From positions 5,504,001-5,568,000 of the forward strand of contig CP181291.1 of NCBI GenBank assembly GCA_052279835.1: 64,000 bases of DNA, in the 5' to 3' direction. The notes beneath the pieces were generated by a model, which did no database searches, had not been told where the DNA came from, and saw only the letters and a list, made by a program, of their open reading frames with translations. This stretch comes from Microcoleus sp. (lineage in GTDB: Bacteria; Cyanobacteriota; Cyanobacteriia; Cyanobacteriales; Microcoleaceae). A program made the translations under genes and the position numbers. Below, piece by piece: positions 32,703-42,418 of this stretch; positions within the stretch are counted from its first letter, which is position 1; each line of letters starts with the position of its first letter.

Positions 32703-33488
32703 ATGACAGAACAAATGACAAAGTGGCAAGTGGTAGCGGCATCGGTGATGGGGACGAGTCACTCCAAGCGATCGCAACCTTGTCAAGATGCCCACTGCTG
32801 GCGGCTGTTACCCAATGGTGTTTTGGCGGCCTCCGTTGCCGATGGTGCGGGTTCGGCAACACTGGCAGAAGTAGGTGCTAAAATTGCTGTGGAAGCAGTT
32901 GTCGAAACAATTTGTCGGCAATCAGAAATGCTGCCTGAAGATGACAGCCAATGGCAAGTATTCCTCACATCCGCACTTCAAGTCGCACGGGCGGCTGTGG
33001 AAACAGAAGCCGCGACGCGGGGAGTGGGGGCTAGAGATTTAGCCTGCACTTTAATTGCGGTGGTGGCTACACCAGAATTAATCGCCGTTGCTCAAATCGG
33101 TGATGGTGCGGCGGTGGCGGGTGATAATCAAGGAAGTGCGATCGCCCTGACAGTACCTCCCTGTGGTGAATATATCAATGAAACCATTTTTTTGATTTCC
33201 CCCAATGCCATAGAAACCGCACAATTTCATCTGCGACGGGAAAAAATGGCGCATTTAGCGGTGTTTTCCGACGGCTTGCAAATGCTAGCCCTGAAAATCC
33301 CGGAAGGCGCACCACACAGTCCATTTTTTACACCGCTGTTTCGATTTTCTGCTCAAGTTCAAGATGAGTCTGATGCACAACAGCAGTTGGAGTCTTTTTT
33401 GCGATCGCCCCGCGTTTCCGAACGCACCGATGATGACTTAACATTATTATTGGCAAGTTGTTTGAGTTCGGAAGTACCAGAAAATTAA
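32703..33488 (+). CDS. PP2C-family phosphatase (TerY-associated, YegK-like)
   Basis: SV.GTSH.....PCQD, VADGAGS, QIGDG, FSDGL, RTDDD.TL. Confidence 0.92.
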   Translation: MTEQMTKWQVVAASVMGTSHSKRSQPCQDAHCWRLLPNGVLAASVADGAGSATLAEVGAKIAVEAVVETICRQSEMLPEDDSQWQVFLTSALQVARAAVETEAATRGVGARDLACTLIAVVATPELIAVAQIGDGAAVAGDNQGSAIALTVPPCGEYINETIFLISPNAIETAQFHLRREKMAHLAVFSDGLQMLALKIPEGAPHSPFFTPLFRFSAQVQDESDAQQQLESFLRSPRVSERTDDDLTLLLASCLSSEVPEN

Positions 33489-33638
33489 CAGTAGACATCT
33501 TGCCACAGCGAGTATTGTAAAACTTTATTAAGCTTGTCCGCAGTAGTAACCAATTATCCACCTGCATCTATCGGCGTCGGTTGGCGTTCATCTGCGCTAC
33601 AAAACCGATTCTGAATTGGGCAAGAAGTCTCATCTGTT
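33487..33638. repeat. inverted-repeat-bounded dispersed element
   Basis: AACAGTAGACATCTTGCC ... GGCAAGAAGTCTCATCTGTT imperfect terminal IR. Confidence 0.5.
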
Positions 33639-33707
33639 CAACGTAGCGGTTCTATAATAAAATCGACTTGTCAACAATTATGCTCCCGTTTAACAGTAGG
33701 TCATCAC

Positions 33708-34403
33708 TTGCAAGCACAAGAGATTAAGGATCAACTCAAATCCCTAATTAGCGAAGCATATCCAATAGATCCGAGTTTGGCGAGAAGATTGGATGAAATT
33801 TATCGCTGGGTAAAAGATGTCAAACCCGGTTCGCTAACTGCCAAAAAATTTGTGATGGCTTTTCTGCTACAGCTTGTCAGTGATTCAGAAGTTTGGTTGG
33901 CTGTCAAATCTCTACCTTCGGAAGCAGCACAACAAGCTGCCTTTGAGTTAATGAGTTCTGCCGAAAGATATTGGTATAGCTATCTCTTTCCTAAATGGCT
34001 GAGTGAAACCGATCGCAAATTTTATATTTGGAAGAAAAAATTAATGGCGGGAGAATTTTATCCGGCTGACGAGCAGATACTCCAATCGATAATAACTCAC
34101 ATTCAGCAGCGAGAAGATACTTCTTTTATACAGCGTTATATAGCCGATCTTTCTATGGCCACGGATTCCATAGTCAGCAGCCGGGAACATCAGCCTTTAT
34201 GTATACAAATCACCAGTATTTCTGATGAATTTTCGCAAGAAAAGTATGATAATTGGCAAAAAACTCTTCAGGAATGGGGGATTGACAGAGGATTATTTTT
34301 AAGTTACAATCCAAGTATTGAAAATTCGGTAGTTCGATTAGTTAATATGGCATTATACAACAGCGATAATTTACAGGCTGGCACCTACCTAAAATTTTCC
34401 TAG
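33708..34403 (+). CDS. hypothetical protein, possible PD-(D/E)xK-like C-terminal domain
   Basis: 231-aa ORF with TTG start; IADLSMATDSIV...LCIQITS resembles a restriction-endonuclease-like core. Confidence 0.65.
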   Translation: MQAQEIKDQLKSLISEAYPIDPSLARRLDEIYRWVKDVKPGSLTAKKFVMAFLLQLVSDSEVWLAVKSLPSEAAQQAAFELMSSAERYWYSYLFPKWLSETDRKFYIWKKKLMAGEFYPADEQILQSIITHIQQREDTSFIQRYIADLSMATDSIVSSREHQPLCIQITSISDEFSQEKYDNWQKTLQEWGIDRGLFLSYNPSIENSVVRLVNMALYNSDNLQAGTYLKFS

Positions 34404-34815
34404 AATCCAGAAGGGAGCCACGTAAATGTTGTTAAAAAAAAGTTGTGAAAAAATGTGAATATTTCTCTGTCGGCTATTCCTCAGCATTCTCTGCCTTTCC
34501 GGGCTCGAAAAATCAAATTTAGACAAAACAAAATAAGATGACTTTAAGTAAAACCTAGGAACTAGGCGCTGGAAACAGCGATTAGGCACACAGGAATTAC
34601 GAATTAAACGGGAAAAAACCAGGTTTCTCGTTCTGCTACTGAATATCAAATGATGCAATGAGTTTAAGAAACCCGGTTGTTGCGTCCTGGACAACAAAAT
34701 AGCGTCCTAGCAGAGGATAACTCAGATATTTGCGATGAATGGACGCTTGTAAAGCCCTAGATATTTCCCTAGCCCGATAGTATAGCAACCTTAAAATTCG
34801 ATCAAAAATAACACC

Positions 34816-35838
34816 ATGACAGCACAAGGCACAACGACTGTTGAAAAAAGTTTACAAAAAGTGTTGGAAAAACTGGAATCCTCCCGAAAAATGCAGGATG
34901 ACTGGATGAAAAACGGGATAAATTTTGTAGATTTGTATGTGGATGACGCTGGTGGAGATTGGTTGGAAGAATGGGGAAAAGTGGAAGCAGCAGATTTAGA
35001 AGTTGACACGATTACCAGTATAGATGTTGAGGCTATCAAAATAGCGATCGGCTTTTCTAACTTTCAGAAAACACAATTACTGGAAATAGCCTTGACTCAC
35101 CGTGGCGATACCAAGGATTTTCGAGGCACATCTTTTGACTCGTCAGTGGACCAAGATGTCAAGTACAAAAGGCTGGCTCTCTTAGGAAGCGCGATTTTGA
35201 GTGCGGTTGTCACCGATTACCTATACCGCGAATATCCTCAGTTCGATCGAGATTGTATCTCAAATTTAAAATCTCGGTTACTAGACAAGAACAAACTATC
35301 GGAATTTGCGATCAGTTTGAATTTGCAGGAACTTAGCTTGCATAGTGCTCAGGGTAAAGAAACAGAAAAAAGTCAGTACAAGAGATTTCTAGGCGAAACT
35401 TTTGAGGCGGTGTTTGGGGCGATTTACTTGGAGTGCGATCGCGATTTTTTGCGTGCGGGCGACTGGCTGATTCAGAATTTCATCGCCAAAGCAGTTGCTG
35501 AGAAGATGAGTCAAAAAAGCGATCTAATTGAAGGGACAAAAATTTCGCCACAAATAGCTCTTAAACGGCTGCGAATCCTCGGTGCAGAAATTTTAGAGGC
35601 GATCGCCTTTGACTATCTCTACCACCGTTTTCCAGAACGTAATGCCAGCCAGCTAACTGACTGGAAAAAAATGTTAGTGGCCAAAGAAATTTTTCCCAAA
35701 GAATTCAAGACCAAATTAGGCAATCAGTACCTAGAATTGGACAGTGATTTCTCACGCACCCGCGACTGGTTAGTTAATAATTTTATCAAAACAGCAGTGG
35801 AAGAACTGGTAGAGGAGAGAGAAAATCAATTCAACTAA
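34816..35838 (+). CDS. RNase III-domain protein with two degenerate RNase III repeats and no dsRBD
   Basis: LLEIALTHRG, KRLALLGSAIL..VVTDYLY, ETFEAVFGAIYL; second repeat KRLRILGAEIL..IAFDYLY. Confidence 0.82.
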   Translation: MTAQGTTTVEKSLQKVLEKLESSRKMQDDWMKNGINFVDLYVDDAGGDWLEEWGKVEAADLEVDTITSIDVEAIKIAIGFSNFQKTQLLEIALTHRGDTKDFRGTSFDSSVDQDVKYKRLALLGSAILSAVVTDYLYREYPQFDRDCISNLKSRLLDKNKLSEFAISLNLQELSLHSAQGKETEKSQYKRFLGETFEAVFGAIYLECDRDFLRAGDWLIQNFIAKAVAEKMSQKSDLIEGTKISPQIALKRLRILGAEILEAIAFDYLYHRFPERNASQLTDWKKMLVAKEIFPKEFKTKLGNQYLELDSDFSRTRDWLVNNFIKTAVEELVEERENQFN

Positions 35839-35926
35839 AAGTAGAAAACCAATAGCTGCTACGCATCCACAGTATCTGTCGCTTGGGGAGGGACAGAGTT
35901 TATGTAAATTATTTTTAGCGGATTTA

Positions 35927-36484
35927 TTAGTTCATTTTCAACCACCCAAACACCTGTTCGGCGGTAAGATTCAGAGGAATTATTTCTGGTAGGGGAAGGC
36001 GATCGCCTCCTTCGCAGAATTGCGGTGCCTGGTTTGGTAAAAACGCTAAAATCGAGCGATCTTCTGGATCTATTAACAACCCCAATTCACAGCCATGTTT
36101 GAGACAGTGTATAATTTTTCTAGTTATACGATTTGAGCTTTGTTGTGGCGAGATAATTTCGATAGTCCAATAGGGTGCAATTAGCACTTCATCTAAGGGT
36201 TCCCCACTCTCATCAAATTGAATTTGTTCCCACAATAGTACCGCAATATCTGGAACAATCGATCGACCGTCAAATGTACATCGCAACTCTGGAAAAGCAT
36301 AAGCGATCTTTGAATTTTCCGTCACCTGATTAATGGCGTTGCAGGTTCTTAATTGCAATCGGCTGTGCTTTGTTTTAGGCATCGGTTTCTGGATAATTTC
36401 ACCCTCAATGTATTCGCTAGCAGGTTTGGTTTCCGGCCGTTTCAAAAATTCTTCAAGGGTGAGGCGGTCAGTGGCGATGCTCAT
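35927..36484 (-). CDS. Uma2 family endonuclease-like protein
   Basis: LTLEEFL..PETKPASEY, PELRC, SIVPDIAV, IEIISP. Confidence 0.92.
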   Translation of the reverse strand: MSIATDRLTLEEFLKRPETKPASEYIEGEIIQKPMPKTKHSRLQLRTCNAINQVTENSKIAYAFPELRCTFDGRSIVPDIAVLLWEQIQFDESGEPLDEVLIAPYWTIEIISPQQSSNRITRKIIHCLKHGCELGLLIDPEDRSILAFLPNQAPQFCEGGDRLPLPEIIPLNLTAEQVFGWLKMN

Positions 36485-36551
36485 AAATCTGTTCCGCAAT
36501 GCTATCTATTTCGAGTATAACATCACTCGGCTCTTTCAACTGATATCACTG

Positions 36552-36672
36552 GGGAGCATCCCAATTTTGTAAAGGCGAAGCATTCCGGCAAACAATTGAT
36601 TAGTTATAAGCATAGACTTACTGCAGGAATGCTTCACCCCTACGAATATATTTGCAAAAATGGGATGCTCCC
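36552..36672 (-). mobile_element. MITE-like element, copy 2 (121 bp, most intact)
   Basis: TIR GGGAGCATCCCAATTTTG / CAAAAATGGGATGCTCCC (17/18 match); perfect 8-bp duplication TATCACTG at 36544-36551 and 36673-36680. Confidence 0.88.
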
Positions 36673-36790
36673 TATCACTGTGACCAATTATTAGACATCT
36701 CTCCTAATTCCTTTGGAACAGGCAGGATGCTTCTTGTTATTTAATGTCTTTTTGGGATATCTCTATTACATAAAATCCCATGGGAATCGA

Positions 36791-37777
36791 CTAATTTTGC
36801 GGAACTATCTGCTGTTTGAACTCAAATACATTAGGATTTTGCGGATCGTAACTAGCCCGCAGCCAGTGAACATTGGGAGAACCGAAAGTTTCAACTCTGG
36901 TAAAGTTTTTCATTCTGGGGAGTTGAGTTTCATCTGTAAAACGCGGTAGAGGTTTGTCGATGCGGAAATAGTGAGTATCGCCGTGGACAAATACAACTTG
37001 TCCCTTAAATTTGCGGGCTTCAGTTTCCAGAGTTGCAATAAAATCGTTGTAGCCGCTTCTTCTTTTGTCGGTTGGATCTAGTTCAAATCCCGGATTGGCT
37101 TGGGCAATTAACATAATTCCTTTGCTATTGCTGCGGGAGGCTAGGGCAAAAGATTCTTCGATCCAAGCCAAGTTAGCTGCATTGCGATCGGCATATTCTC
37201 GATCGCCTTCGGGAGTGCGCCCAAAATTGTTGTTACTTCCCGGCATATTAATCCCACAAAACATAATTCCCTGATAATTCCAACGGATATTTTCACGGTA
37301 TTTAGCAAACTGTGGATTCTCGCTTTGACGAGTCAGAGTCAAAGTCTTTTTTCCCTGAGTTTGATTTCCTTGTGTGAAAATTTCCCGCAGTTTAGCTAGT
37401 CTCTCTACTGGATCGTAACTACCATTATTTGAGCGGTGACAATCAGTCCATTCGTTGTCGCCATAAACCAGAATAAATGGAATATCAAATTTTTGAAATA
37501 ATTCTTTGCGACTGACAAAAGTTGCATCATCGCAGACAGTTGAACCGTTTTTGAAGTCGCCGTCATGGACAACAAAAGCGGCTGGCGATCGATTGATGTC
37601 TGCTACCAAATTACTAAATTTGGCTTCCTGTTCTGCACTGTAGGGTAAGTCGCCAATTAAGGCAAATTCAAAACTTTTCTCCCCTAAATTTCGAGCATAG
37701 CTTACAGAATTTATCAGGTTAAATCCTGTAATTAAAGCCAAAGAAATTAAGGCAAAAATCACATATTTTTTAGTCAT
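36791..37777 (-). CDS. secreted calcineurin-like metallophosphoesterase
   Basis: Signal peptide; IGDLPY, HDGDFK, GDNEWTDC, HGDTH. Confidence 0.85.
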   Translation of the reverse strand: MTKKYVIFALISLALITGFNLINSVSYARNLGEKSFEFALIGDLPYSAEQEAKFSNLVADINRSPAAFVVHDGDFKNGSTVCDDATFVSRKELFQKFDIPFILVYGDNEWTDCHRSNNGSYDPVERLAKLREIFTQGNQTQGKKTLTLTRQSENPQFAKYRENIRWNYQGIMFCGINMPGSNNNFGRTPEGDREYADRNAANLAWIEESFALASRSNSKGIMLIAQANPGFELDPTDKRRSGYNDFIATLETEARKFKGQVVFVHGDTHYFRIDKPLPRFTDETQLPRMKNFTRVETFGSPNVHWLRASYDPQNPNVFEFKQQIVPQN

Positions 37778-37803
37778 TTATTTGAAGTAGAAAGTCTACC
37801 TAA

Positions 37804-38551
37804 TTAATTTAAATGTTTGCTCAGCCAAGCGATCGCCCCTTCGACATCAGTAACAACTTCCGCATCCGGTATTGGTGGCCTGTGCACCATCACCACGGGA
37901 ATTCCCAATTCCCGCGCCGCGACAATTTTGGCATAAGTCGCATCACCACCGCTGTTTTTGCTGACAATGGTATCAATCTGATATTCGAGCAACAATTCCC
38001 GTTCATTTTCTAAGAAAAAAGGCCCCTTTGCTAAAATTAATTTGCTTTGAGGGTATAAAATACCTAGGGCTGGGGGTTCGATCGCCCGAATCAAAAACCA
38101 AATAGAATCCAGACTAGAAAAAGCAGTCAATTCCTGTCTACCAATAGTGAGAAATACGCGCTGCGATCGCTCAGATAAAGCCATGGCAGCCTCTTCATGG
38201 TTTTCGACTTCAATCCAGCGATCGCCCTGCACCGGAGTCCAAGCAGGACGCACCAGCATCAAATGTGGCAATTGAAATTCAGCAGCAGCGGTGGCTGCAT
38301 TCATCGAAATCTGAGCAGCAAACGGATGAGTCGCATCAATTAACAAGTCGATCGCGCGATCGGTCAAATACTCACCCAGTCCACCTACTCCCCCAAACCC
38401 ACCAATTCGCAGCGTACCCGTTGGGGTGGAAGGTTGTTTAGTGCGTCCTGCTAGGGAAGAAACCACCTCCAAGTTAGCGATTTGGGAAGCCCGCGCCGCC
38501 AGTTTCAGTCGCATCCCCCGTTCCTCCCAAAATTAGCAAGCGTTTTTTCAT
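37804..38551 (-). pseudogene. cobK: cobalt-precorrin-6A/precorrin-6x reductase with +1 frameshift near the 5' end
   Basis: ATG 38551 gives MKKRLLILGGTGDA; the body (LAAR..SSLAGRT, DATHPFA, KNSGG) is in a frame offset by 1; extra base around 38502-38510. Confidence 0.8.
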
Positions 38552-38625
38552 AGAATTCCCCTTACCCGATCTAGTCAAGACTTAACAATATAATATGTTA
38601 AGTAAAGTTTTAACTACCAACAGCT

Positions 38626-39444
38626 ATGATGCGATCGCTCTTGACATTTTTGACAGTATTAGTTGTAAGTGGGATAGTTTGGGTAGGAAATGTAATGCCA
38701 GCCTCCGCAGAAGTTCAACCCACAGATATTACCGATCCGCAGCAGCAGTTAGCAGAACTCGTTCAGAAAGCTTTTGAAGCGACAAACGAAGGCAAATTCC
38801 CCCTGGCTGAAAGTTTTTGGACTCAAATCATTGACAAATTTCCCGATCAAGCAGCCGCTTGGAGTAACCGTGGTAATTCTAGAGTAAGTCAAAACCAGCT
38901 ACAAGCAGCAATTGCCGACTACGAAAAAGCGATCGAACTCGTTCCCGAAGCTCCCGATCCGTACTTAAACCGCGGTACAGCCTTAGAAGGTTTAGGACGG
39001 TGGGAAGAAGCGATCGCCGACTACAATCATGTACTAGAATTAGACCCAAAAGATCCAGCAGCCTACAACAACCGAGGCAACGCCGAAGCAGGTTTAGGTC
39101 AATGGAAACAAGCAATTATCGACTACAACAAAGCCTTTGAACTAGCACCTGAATACGCCTTTGCTCGCGCCAACCACGCCCTCGCCCTTTATCAAAATGG
39201 ACAAACCAAAGAAGCAATTCGCAACATGAAAAATATTGTCCGCAGATACCCCCAATTTGCCGACATGAGAGCTGCCCTCAGCGCTTGTCTGTGGGAGGCG
39301 GGACAGCGTGGGGAAGCTGAGAGCAATTGGGTTGCCGCCGTCGGCCTCGACTCCCGCTACAAAGACCTCGATTGGGTTAAAAATACCCGCCGTTGGCCAC
39401 CAGTTGCAGTCAGTGCTTTGGATAAATTCTTGAACTTGAAATAA
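38626..39444 (+). CDS. secreted TPR protein
   Basis: Signal peptide; repeated AWSNRG/PYLNRG/AYNNRG TPR motifs. Confidence 0.9.
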   Translation: MMRSLLTFLTVLVVSGIVWVGNVMPASAEVQPTDITDPQQQLAELVQKAFEATNEGKFPLAESFWTQIIDKFPDQAAAWSNRGNSRVSQNQLQAAIADYEKAIELVPEAPDPYLNRGTALEGLGRWEEAIADYNHVLELDPKDPAAYNNRGNAEAGLGQWKQAIIDYNKAFELAPEYAFARANHALALYQNGQTKEAIRNMKNIVRRYPQFADMRAALSACLWEAGQRGEAESNWVAAVGLDSRYKDLDWVKNTRRWPPVAVSALDKFLNLK

Positions 39445-39450
39445 TACCAA

Positions 39451-39607
39451 AGTTATTGGTTATTGGTTATTTGTTATTGGTTATTTGTTAGTTAGAGTAA
39501 CCAATTCCCAATCCCCAATTCCCAATCCCCAATCCCCAATTCCCAATTCCCAATTCCCAATTTCCAATTCCCAACTCCCAATCCCCAATTCCCTATTCCC
39601 TATTCTC
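39451..39607. repeat. STRR arrays (TTATTGG/TTATTTG)n and (ATTCCCA/ATCCCCA)n
   Basis: Heptamer tandem arrays between convergent genes. Confidence 0.88.
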
Positions 39608-40409
39608 TATCTCCAATGACCCTTAACAATTCCCAAACCAGTGCCGGAGTCAACTCTTCAACATTCCTCAATACTGAGACAGCACCAGCATTTTGTAGCG
39701 CCGCAGTATAAGCTTGGCATCGCACCGCATCATCCAAAACATGAGGTGGCAAAATTCCAATTCCCAGCCAAACTCGCGAGGGTTGTACTTGACTGGCTTT
39801 GACAATAGTGTAAATATCTGCAACAGTATCCCCTGCATAAATCACAGGCAAACTTTCTGGTAAAGCGTTCAGGTTTTCCAATTTTTCAATAGTCGCAAAT
39901 AGTCCAGTAGGATCGGGTTTTCCCGGTGCATCTTCCATCGCCACTAATACAGGGGAATTTAAGCCGAGTTTCCCTGACAAAACATAGGTAGCTTCATCCC
40001 GCATCGCCCCGCTAAAAAAGCCCCAAACTATGCCACCTGTGGTTAAACTTTCCAGGTAAGCCGGACTTAGCAGCAGCGGTTCGTCGCCAATGTAACCAGT
40101 CCAATTTTGCTCGTCGGGGCCACGATAGCGACTTTGGAAAAATGCTACTAACTCGTTATAGTCGATCGCGCTTTCCGTTCGCGATCGCCCCATTCCCTCA
40201 AAATAACGGTAAACTAACTCTTGTGAAGCTTCCCAATCATTATTCCACACTCCCTCAGACTTGAGAGAGTCAATATCAATAGAATTGGGACGAAAAGCAC
40301 CCCCCGTGAAATGCTCCACCGCATCCGCCAGCGCCCGTCGGTAAGAACCAGACACATCCCGCACCACACCATCAATATCAAAAACTACAATCGCTCTGTC
40401 TGCTGTCAT
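39600..40409 (-). CDS. TIGR01548-type HAD hydrolase
   Basis: [31 protein letters not shown]. Confidence 0.9.
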   Translation of the reverse strand: MTADRAIVVFDIDGVVRDVSGSYRRALADAVEHFTGGAFRPNSIDIDSLKSEGVWNNDWEASQELVYRYFEGMGRSRTESAIDYNELVAFFQSRYRGPDEQNWTGYIGDEPLLLSPAYLESLTTGGIVWGFFSGAMRDEATYVLSGKLGLNSPVLVAMEDAPGKPDPTGLFATIEKLENLNALPESLPVIYAGDTVADIYTIVKASQVQPSRVWLGIGILPPHVLDDAVRCQAYTAALQNAGAVSVLRNVEELTPALVWELLRVIGDRE

Positions 40410-40546
40410 CAGTGCCCCACCCGCAGTTAACTATTGGCATTTTACCTGAGCCAATGTCGGAATTTTAAGTAAAAATGACAAAAGTATGCTAAGCTTAGCG
40501 ATTGTAGAAATTTTTAATAAGTTCGATCGAAACCCCGGAGGTTTGT

Positions 40547-40846
40547 TTGTCCAAGTTCATCTTAAAAGTTCTCTGGCTAGAAGAGAATGTTGCCCTCGCC
40601 GTTGACCAAGTGGTCGGTAAAGGAACTAGCCCGCTGACAGCTTACTTTTTCTGGCCCCGCAAGGATGCGTGGGAAGATCTCAAAAACGAACTCGAAGCCA
40701 AACACTGGATTGCCGACAACGATCGCGTCGAAGTCCTCAACCAAGCCACAGAAGTAATCAACTACTGGCAAGAGGAAGGCAGACGGCGACCAATGAATGA
40801 AGCTCAGTCAAAATTCCCCCTCGTGACTTTTACTGGCAGCAACTAA
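40547..40846 (+). CDS. ycf65: 30S ribosomal protein PSRP-3 (Ycf65)
   Basis: [43 protein letters not shown] before TTG. Confidence 0.93.
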   Translation: MSKFILKVLWLEENVALAVDQVVGKGTSPLTAYFFWPRKDAWEDLKNELEAKHWIADNDRVEVLNQATEVINYWQEEGRRRPMNEAQSKFPLVTFTGSN

Positions 40847-40900
40847 TCACAGTTAACAGTTAACTGTTAACTGTCAACTGTTAACTGTCAACTGTTAACT
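40847..40900. repeat. STRR3-like AACAGTT/AACTGTT self-complementary array
   Basis: Direct reading. Confidence 0.8.
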
Positions 40901-40930
40901 ATGTAATTATTTTTTCATTGAGCGGAATTT

Positions 40931-42004
40931 ATGGGCGGCGACAGTACAATCAACCAAACTGAGCAGCTACCGCTGGTAGTAAATCCTGATATTCTCCAGC
41001 AAGCTATTCTCTACAAAATTAATACTCGAATTACCGCTCGCGGAGAAATAGTGTTTCCCTGTGTACCGGGGATGCTAAACCACTATCTCCAGTCAATCGA
41101 AAAACTATTCACCACTCTCGACAGACCTTTACCAGCAGACAGAAAAGAGGAACTGAGCAAACTGTTAGCCAGCAAATTAGAACAAGGCTACCAGTCTTCC
41201 ACTGCTTCGATGCTGATACTTCAATACGAGTCAGTTCAGCCTCCGCAAACTGGTTTAGCTTGCAAAGTGCTCGTGGCGACCTCCACAGTAGGAGAACAGT
41301 ATAAAAGTTGGGTAGATACCAGGGAAGCTCCCCTATTCGGCTCCCATCCAGACGCAAAATTGATGACAACGGTTGCTGAATTGGGAAGTCCCGATCGCGT
41401 GCGGATTTTGGACGTGGGTGCTGGTACCGGCCGCAACACTTTGCCCTTGGCGAGATTGGGCTATGCTGTGGATGCGATCGAACTCACCCCAGCTTTTGCA
41501 GAACAGTTACAAACCGCTGCGACAGCCGAAAACCTACCAGTCACAGTGACACTAGGCAATGTACTAGACCCCTTAGTGCGGATGAAACCGGCTCGCTACC
41601 AACTTGCAGTCGCCGCCGAAGTCATCTCTCATTTTCGAGACAGCGACGAAGTGCGACTGTTCCTAGCAAAAATGTGCGATTCCCTCTGTCCCGGAGGTCT
41701 ATTACTCTTCAGTACGTTTTTATCAGTAGGTGACTACCAACCAGATCCCCTCGTGCGACAAGTAGCCGAACTTTCCTGGTCTACTTTATTTACGCCCCAA
41801 GAACTGATTGTGGCGATGGAAGGCCTGCCCCTAGTCCCCATCTCCAATGAATTGGTATTTGAGTACGAACGCACCCATCTGCCGGAAGCAGCCTGGCCCC
41901 CGACACCCTGGTTTGCCAGTTGGGCCACAGGTCGTGATGTTTTTCCCATGGCCAATGGACGCCCCCCGATGGAATTGCGTTGGATTTTGTGCCGCCGGAG
42001 TTAA
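40931..42004 (+). CDS. class I SAM-dependent methyltransferase with N-terminal extra domain
   Basis: ILDVGAGTGRN motif I; LCPGGLL. Confidence 0.85.
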   Translation: MGGDSTINQTEQLPLVVNPDILQQAILYKINTRITARGEIVFPCVPGMLNHYLQSIEKLFTTLDRPLPADRKEELSKLLASKLEQGYQSSTASMLILQYESVQPPQTGLACKVLVATSTVGEQYKSWVDTREAPLFGSHPDAKLMTTVAELGSPDRVRILDVGAGTGRNTLPLARLGYAVDAIELTPAFAEQLQTAATAENLPVTVTLGNVLDPLVRMKPARYQLAVAAEVISHFRDSDEVRLFLAKMCDSLCPGGLLLFSTFLSVGDYQPDPLVRQVAELSWSTLFTPQELIVAMEGLPLVPISNELVFEYERTHLPEAAWPPTPWFASWATGRDVFPMANGRPPMELRWILCRRS

Positions 42005-42418
42005 GAAGCACAAACACCCAAGAATACTTATCAAGCCAATAACATAAGTTTTGGTTAATTTTTTGTTTTGTAGCTTTTGTACATAAAAATTAATAAAAAT
42101 TGTACTAGAATATGCAAAGAGTGAAGCTCGATCGAGACAGGTGCAGCTAAAGTTAAGATCGGACAAACTTATCCCTTAAGATAGATGAAATTCTGAGGGA
42201 AAAACATAGGCTAATTAATTCTCTCGCTAGATCAGCGATAATCCTGACACACAAATATGCTTTTAACACGTCCACTACAAGCGTTTCGAGCAATCTTCAG
42301 GGATAAACCTTCAATGAATAGAACGATCGAACAAAAAAGTAGTAAAAATAATTTTGGGGGGAATATTTATCCCACTCCCAATCAACAAATTGACTGGTCT
42401 ATCGAATTGGAAAGACTG

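Noticed and set aside
34816..35838. Housekeeping rnc
   Set aside because: The catalytic signature is degenerate and the dsRBD is missing
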